A stretch of 64,000 bases of DNA from Octopus vulgaris (lineage: Eukaryota): contig OX597816.1 of NCBI GenBank assembly GCA_951406725.2, positions 78,492,001-78,556,000 on the forward strand, given 5' to 3'. This document shows positions 1 through 64,000 of this stretch, piece after piece. How positions within the stretch are numbered: position 1 is the first letter of the stretch; each line of letters begins with the position of its first letter. The notes beneath the pieces are model-generated. The model saw only the letters and a program-made list of their open reading frames with translations, ran no database searches and was not told the DNA's origin. Position numbers and translations under genes: made by a program.

Positions 1-189
1 TCTGTCTCTGTGTCTGTCTCTTGCTGCTGCTGTTGCTGTTGTTGTTGTTGTTGTTGTTGTTCTCTCTGCGGGAGTGGTTGCCGAGTTCGCCGCCACCTTC
101 TCCCCCACCGAATTCTCTCTCTGGGTCCGTGGCGAATTCCCCGATCGATCGAGCCAGGTCAATCGAGGTGGATTGGCCCCCGTAACAAC

Positions 190-207
190 TGGTGTCAGAA
201 GTGGGAT
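190..207 (+). promoter_or_regulatory. Primer-binding site, tRNA-Leu(CAA/CAG) type
   Basis: TGGTGTCAGAAGTGGGAT, 2 nt after the LTR end; complement of the tRNA-Leu 3' end ATCCCACTTCTGACACCA. Confidence 0.85.
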
Positions 208-239
208 TGTCCTAATTTGCTGCGGTCGTTCGGTTCGCC

Positions 240-1856
240 ATGGATTCGTTGGATTCGCGGGCTGGTAGCCAGACTGGAGAGGAAGAGATCTCGCTTGCCC
301 TGATAGTGGAGATGTTGAGGGGCCAGATTGCGCAGACACGCGCATTCAACGAAAGGCTGGACAGGAGGCGACAGGGCCTATGGGCAGACCAGGAAGAGCT
401 TGAGGTTATGGATGGGTCAGCTTTGGAGGATCAGTGTTGGACCGTGGATGATGAAGTGAAAAGTGAAGAGTGTGGGTCGGAAGAACCCTGTGATGTTGCG
501 GAACCTGAAGTGGTTGCCGAACTTTGTGATGCTGAACCCTGTGATGCGGAACCTGGAGTGGTTGCCGAGTCTGAGCTTGCTGAGTCTGAGGCTGGTGTTG
601 CTAAGCCCGAGGAGCTTGCTGCGTGTGTGATGTCTGCTGCTGTTGTTCCGTGTCTGGAGCCCTTGGCATCTCGACCCCTGTCTCTCGGAACTCAGGACGA
701 GGAGCTGGTGAAGTCTGGAGCTGGTGTCGCTGAGTCAGAGGAGCCGGCTGTGTGTGTGGTGGTTGCGGCGGTTGATGTTCCGTGTCTGAGTCCTTTGGTG
801 TCTGGGCCCCTGTCTCTCGGGGCTCAGAAGGACTGTATGGTGCCCACTGTGGAGAGGCCACAGGTGTGGATGGATTGTCGGACGAACGTGCGTTCTGGGA
901 AGCCTTCGGTGCAGAAGCTGGTGACGAGGAGGACCAAGCATGGTGGTGAGGCGAGACGGCGGCGAACGGCGGTAGGACCACAGAGGACGGGAAGACTGCT
1001 CCAGTGTTGGGTGAGCTTTGTGGTTGATGGCTGCTTGGGGCTGGCGGAGCTCGACAGGCAGTGCATAGTGAAAGCTCAAGTGAGGGTCGGGTGGACCTTA
1101 GTAGAGGCAGGAGTTGACAGAGCGCTGGTTGGGTCGGCCGATCTATTGGAGGCTGCGCAGGCGATTTGTAGAGGGCAAATCGTGGAACTGCGCCGGACGG
1201 GGAACCAGCGGCAGGGCCAGTTCTGCCAATATAGTGATGCAGTTGGAGATGGTGGCCCACCGATGCAGTTGCGGAGGCGATCCGCAGGGAGTCGCCGGTG
1301 CTTGGTTGGCACGCGAGGGTTGTTGGATGTTGGTCGCGAGGACCTGGCGGAGCGTTTCGTCGACCTGTGCGGGCGTCGCTCGAGGAGGCAGCGAGGTAGG
1401 AGGATGGACCCAGTTCGGCTGCAGACATCGAGGAGCTATCGGCGACAGGGAACAGTGGAAAGGCGGAACGGTCCTTGGTCGTCGGCGATAGTTGCGCGAA
1501 ATGGAGACGGCACAGCAAGGTGCTACGTGGGGTATAGAGCCCTGAGGAGGGTGGCCACTGTGAAGGATTGGCCGGACCCTGCCTGTGTGAGGGAGCTAAG
1601 GAACTCCCTCGGACGGTGCGCCCATTGTAGGCGGTTCGTAGGAGGCCTCGCGGCCTTGGCGGAGAGGTTACCCAAGCCGCAGAGGGAAGACGCCAACTTG
1701 TGGCCGGTGGTGAAGTGGTGGCCGTGGGAGATGAGACCCCCGGAGGAGAAACCACCCAAGGAGACCTCCAGCTCCTGGAACATCTGCTGGAGCTCGCCCT
1801 CGGAGGTGCGAGCTTGGTGTGCTTTGTCGGGTCGACAAAGCTTAGGTAGGGGGTAG
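240..1856 (+). CDS. 538-aa ORF of the LTR element: acidic repeat N-terminus plus decayed gag/pol remnants, no RT catalytic core
   Basis: ATG in gccATGg context; stop abuts the 3' LTR. GPWSSAIVARNGDGTARCYVGYRAL resembles the RT start (SPWASPVVLV.KKDGS.RFCVDYRKL) and is fused directly to VKDWPDPACVRELRNSLGRCAHCRRFV (RT thumb/connection). Confidence 0.6.
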   Translation: MDSLDSRAGSQTGEEEISLALIVEMLRGQIAQTRAFNERLDRRRQGLWADQEELEVMDGSALEDQCWTVDDEVKSEECGSEEPCDVAEPEVVAELCDAEPCDAEPGVVAESELAESEAGVAKPEELAACVMSAAVVPCLEPLASRPLSLGTQDEELVKSGAGVAESEEPAVCVVVAAVDVPCLSPLVSGPLSLGAQKDCMVPTVERPQVWMDCRTNVRSGKPSVQKLVTRRTKHGGEARRRRTAVGPQRTGRLLQCWVSFVVDGCLGLAELDRQCIVKAQVRVGWTLVEAGVDRALVGSADLLEAAQAICRGQIVELRRTGNQRQGQFCQYSDAVGDGGPPMQLRRRSAGSRRCLVGTRGLLDVGREDLAERFVDLCGRRSRRQRGRRMDPVRLQTSRSYRRQGTVERRNGPWSSAIVARNGDGTARCYVGYRALRRVATVKDWPDPACVRELRNSLGRCAHCRRFVGGLAALAERLPKPQREDANLWPVVKWWPWEMRPPEEKPPKETSSSWNICWSSPSEVRAWCALSGRQSLGRG

Positions 1857-2937
1857 TGTTATGAAGGGGTCAATTTGGGGACAGTGCTGGCGACCCACTT
1901 TTGGGAGTAACTCCATTGTTCTGCCAGATTCAGGTGAATTAATTAGCTCTGGGCGACCCCTCGACCCCTTCAGGTGAAATAAAGTTCGAAGAAGCTACCC
2001 CTTAAAATACGCAGTTCAGTTTGTGAGACACAGTCAGCATTTGGGATTCAAGGCAGACAGTCGGCAGTTCGGATTGGAAGGAGACAGTCAGCATTTGGAT
2101 TTCAAGGCAAGCGGTCGGAGTTGTCAGTTTGTGAGAGTCAGTCGGCAGTTCGGACTGGAAGGATGTCAGTCAGCATTTTGGGATTCAAGGCAAGCGGTCG
2201 ACGGTTGGATTGTACAGCGAGTTAGTAATGGTTGTTCTGCTGTGACAGAGGAAGACAGACAGAGAGGATTGAGGAACTGCGAGAGATTACGGCGGGAAGG
2301 CATGGCTATTTGTAGTGGGAGTTGTAAATGAAGAACTCACGGTATGTATTTTGTTTATGTTTTTGATGTGTTGAAAAGAAATGAACATTGTGTTAAAGAA
2401 TTAATGTGAAAAGAAAAAGAGAAAGAGAGGAAAAGAAAAAGAAAGAACTGTGAAGAGAATTGTTGAGTTGAGAAGAGAAAGAAAAGAGAAAGGCTCTGTT
2501 GTAGTCTTTAATGAACATTGAACTGATTTGAACTGTTGTCTCCGGACTGTGCTATATCGTGAACATTCTGTTTTGATTCGACGTGAACTGATTTGAATTA
2601 TTTGGATTTGATGTATAATTGTATAAACTGTTGTCTATGTATATGCCTTGATTGTAACAATGTATCTGCATGCTGTTGCTTATATTTTCCTATATTTTCT
2701 GTGATGTTGTATCTTGATGATGATTATGTAACGAATATGATAAACTGTAGTTAAATGTAGCCGATTGCCGTGCCCTCTTTGTGTCTCTCTCAGTGTCTCT
2801 TTGTTGTTGTTGTTCTCTCCGGTCGGGTTGCCGGGTTCGCCGCCTTCTCCCCCACCGAGTTCTCTGTTTCCGTGGTGAGTTCGCCGATCGATCGAGCCAG
2901 GTCAATCGAGGTGGATTGCGCCCCCCCCCCCGTATCA
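1857..2937 (+). repeat. 3' LTR (~1.08 kb) with internal short tandem repeats at ~2025-2200
   Basis: TG...CA ends; follows the PPT; recurring cagtcagcattt(g)ggattcaaggca and cagtcggcagttcgga units. Confidence 0.8.
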
Positions 2938-3556
2938 ATATGTACGTACGTACATACATATATATATATAACTTAAATGAGGAAAAGAGAAATCCAAATC
3001 GATGTTGAAAATGAGCATATTTCTTTGTTCTGTATCATATATAAATTTATGTGATATATGCAGTATATGAAACATATGTAATACAATAAAATTAAGAAAA
3101 ATAACCATTATTCATTCACATCCTTAAACATAATGATTTGAAACAACTAATCTATGAAATAAACATGCAATGCAAAATAAATATATATAACTTTATACAC
3201 AAGTCAACTCCGAGCAAATAGACTGAACATATACAATCGTTCATCAACGAACTTCTTAGCGTTTTATGACATATTAAATGTCTCAAAATGCTATGAAGAC
3301 ATAAGCCATGAATTTTACTTTAGAGAAAACTGGAAGAATGTAGTGCTGTACCTGAATATTGGTTGTTGTTTATCTCTGAATGAGCAGATCAATGATATAT
3401 AGGTAGAAGGGGAAATGAATAGGTGCTGTCCACAAGACTTCTGTCTTAGGCATGTCATATGTCAGGGTCCATTCAGTACACATTCTGATATGTAGTGGCT
3501 TATCTTCTTGGCAGACAGAAACTAAAAGAAGCCCATCATAAAGACAGAAACTAAAA

Positions 3557-3787
3557 GGCGGCGAGCTGGCAGAAACATTAGCATGCCGGGTGAAATGTTT
3601 AGAGGTATTTCGTCTATCTTTACGCCCTGAGTTCAAATTCCGCCAAGGTCAACTTTGCCTTTCATCCTTTCGGGGTCGATAAATTAAGTACCAGTTACAC
3701 ACTGGGGTTGATGTAATCAACTTAATCCCTTTGTCTGTCCTTGTTTGTCCCCTCTATGTTTAGCCCCTTGTGGGCAATAAAGAAATA
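3557..3787 (+). mobile_element. tRNA-derived SINE with an 11-bp TSD, inserted into another SINE remnant
   Basis: A/B-box-like head (gagctggcagaa...gagttcaaattcc); central box gcctttcatcctttcggggtcgataaa (Deu/Nin-domain-like); TSD agaaactaaaa at 3546-3556 and 3788-3798. Confidence 0.8.
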
Positions 3788-4599
3788 AGAAACTAAAAGA
3801 AGCCCATTATATATGTGTGCTTTTCTCTGTGTGTGTGTGTCTCTGTGTGCATGAATATGTACAATCTTTGGTGAGCTGTGCTACAATGACACCACCACTT
3901 GTAAGCAATGCCACTATTTTTAGCTAGTTTACAACCAGTGATGTTTATTGGCATTTCCTGTCAGCAAATCACCCTCTAGATCTGCACTTTTGAATACCTC
4001 TGGAATTAAAGTTCCCTTAATTGATAAACAGGAAGAGATCCTGCCCCAAATACTGTTCTATCTAAACTTTGTTAGCTTGGAAATATGGGAATTAAACAAA
4101 TGAATGAACGTAATATTTCTTTCTCACTTGACGTTGTTTAGCTCTAGATCAGTCTTGATCAAACAGACTTAAGTTCAAAGAAATTCCAACTGTGATCATC
4201 TTGTTTTCTTTTCAGACACCATTGTATCATCACATTAACCAATGTGTTCTTCCTTTTTTAAGATGGTAAGGTGTGATTTGAGGGTGATATGGTAGCTAAT
4301 TCCAGAAGGCCTAATGATCACATGGTTCCTTCTTGTCTTATACAAACTGACTTTCATTTGCTTTTCTCAGTAGTTCCTGCATGTTACCACTATTTATCGA
4401 CAATACAATGTTCAGCACAGTCTTCTCCATTCTAAACAATATTTCAGTTTCTTAAACATGCATTATTCATTCAGCATTTTCCCATCAATTCAGTGATGAA
4501 ACCCATCCACAGTAGTTTAGTCTGTGAGAAGTAGTAACTAAACATCCCTCAAATCAGACCCAACTACATGAAAAAAGAAGGAAACATAGACAGCAATTT

Positions 4600-4779
4600 G
4601 AAAGGTGAGGCAAGTTGATTATGATGACACCAGTGCTTGACTGGTACTTAATTTATTGATCTTGAAAGGATGAAAGGCAAAGTTGACCTTGGCAGAATTT
4701 CAACTCAGAATGTAAAGGTGGATGAAATGTCACTAAGCATTTTGTCTGGCATGCTAGCAGGTATGCTAGCTCGCTGCTT
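4600..4779 (-). mobile_element. SINE, same family as 3557-3787
   Basis: Reverse complement of the head and central box (aaggatgaaaggcaaagttgacc); further copies at ~20983-21116(-), ~22055-22228(-) and ~62921-63140(+). Confidence 0.75.
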
Positions 4780-4880
4780 TACATAGAGAGATAATGATGT
4801 CTGGGATGATCTGATAGCTTAAAAATGGTATAATAAGGTCCTTTATATTCATTCTGAGCAGACCTACTAATCAATAGCAT

Positions 4881-5566
4881 TGTAGCATGGCAGTTTCAGC
4901 CATTTTGAAATATGACTATAGCGATTTCTAATATCGTCACTGTTGAAAGGCAAGGCAAGAAATGATCTCATTTGAGGTTACAGCCATCTTCGGCCAACTA
5001 GTTCCTGTTGTAAACACTAACCTGATTGGTTGACACGTGACGCGATTTGTCTCTACTTATTTCGCGCCACTGTCCCGAAATAACCAATCACGGCCTTTGG
5101 TTAAGATTCCGTTTTTGAAACCGGTATATAAAGGAGTGTTTTCAGACACTTTTCGTCTTTTAGTTCCAGTTCTTCTAAGAACTAACTTTAGGCCACAGCG
5201 TTACTCAACCAAGCGATATACGATTGTTCTGGCTACTACCGGCTACGTTAATGTACACAATCATAGAAAGCCTACTATCTTCCCCGTCGCCACCATCATG
5301 TACCTTCTATGCCAGCCGCATTCATCCTGATTGTCCTGCCACACACACGAACACGCAGACACAAGACATGCAAACGCTTACAAACTCCTAACGTTGACAC
5401 AATTGTAAAATAAACAATATTTATATCTCAACAGCAAGACTTGTCAATTCACTTATGTTCTATTGTTACTGCATGTATTTATGGCTTGTAATAATTCGTT
5501 AAGAGTAGAACCACGTGCGATCGTATTTCCTACACGATACGACCGCATGTGATCCTATTGCTTACA
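4881..5566 (+). mobile_element. Solo LTR (686 bp)
   Basis: TGTAG...TTACA ends, 4-bp TSD GCAT (4877-4880, 5567-5570), CCAAT near 5084, TATATAAA at 5125-5132, AATAAA at 5409-5414. Confidence 0.72.
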
Positions 5567-5668
5567 GCATCAACTCTACATTTGTGCATTAGAATTAAGA
5601 AAGTCCAGTAGAAACTACTTAATTCCTTCTGTAATAGAAGTTGTATGAGAGAATAGAAAAATACTTAC

Positions 5669-63859
<58,191 letters not shown>

Positions 63860-63964
63860 CTGCAAAATAAAGTAATATTTCATTGTAAGTAAATATCATG
63901 ACAAGAGACCAAGCATTTAAAGTGTGTAGGAAAATGAAAAGCTTATAGAATTTTATGATTTTAC

Positions 63965-64000
63965 TTGCTGGGTTGGGAAAAAGAGGAAGTACCCATGATA
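63965..64000 (-). CDS. Possible 3' end of an upstream MAM-domain exon (truncated by the window edge)
   Basis: Reads SWVLPLFPNPA with a phase-1 donor (gtaaaa) compatible with the next exon through a 105-bp intron; short and weakly supported. Confidence 0.3.

Larger units (their letters stand above)
1..2937 (+). mobile_element. Non-autonomous Ty3/Gypsy-type LTR retrotransposon (5' LTR cut by the window edge)
   Basis: 5' LTR ends ...cgtaaCA at 187; PBS at 190-207; PPT aggtagggggtag at 1844-1856; 3' LTR TGttatg...cgtatCA at 1857-2937, whose 3' end is homologous to 1-187. Confidence 0.88.

Noticed and set aside
601-1755. 384-aa antisense ORF inside the first LTR element
   Set aside because: Pro/Ser-rich, no motifs; expected shadow of a GC-rich sense ORF.
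2938-5668. Search for the GDSGGP (catalytic Ser) exon
   Set aside because: No matching minus-strand sequence found; it presumably lies left of the window, so catalytic competence cannot be claimed.

Overview
AT-rich, microsatellite-rich eukaryotic DNA; the SINE, RTE and Penelope repeat content suggests a cephalopod (Octopus-like), which is an inference. One host gene crosses the whole window on the minus strand. I reconstructed 12 phase-consistent GT-AG exons (63859 down to 5669, 1781 nt, about 593 codons) of a mosaic S1 serine protease: MAM - LDLa - SRCR - LDLa - LDLa - SRCR - trypsin-fold. Its 5' exons and the catalytic-Ser (GDSGGP) exon lie outside the window. The protease has an atypical activation junction (EPI/VQNG) and Pro at the Asp189 position. 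The introns are packed with transposons: (1) two Gypsy-type LTR elements that both lack the RT core but keep one long ORF, one of them young (about 4 differences in 239-bp LTRs, 5-bp TSD, Gag-PR-IN); (2) a solo LTR; (3) a head-to-tail nest of R4/Dong-like LINEs at a TAA microsatellite; (4) RTE LINEs with a PHD-like finger inside RT; (5) a near full-length CR1-group LINE whose ORF1 joins a Myb/SANT-like domain to CCCH fingers; (6) a Penelope-type hammerhead ribozyme; (7) mariner/maT relics, a Helitron-like element, MITEs, SINEs, large intronic hairpins and a degenerate ~57-bp minisatellite. All family calls are by motif recognition by eye; no searches were run, and the ends of degenerate repeats are approximate.
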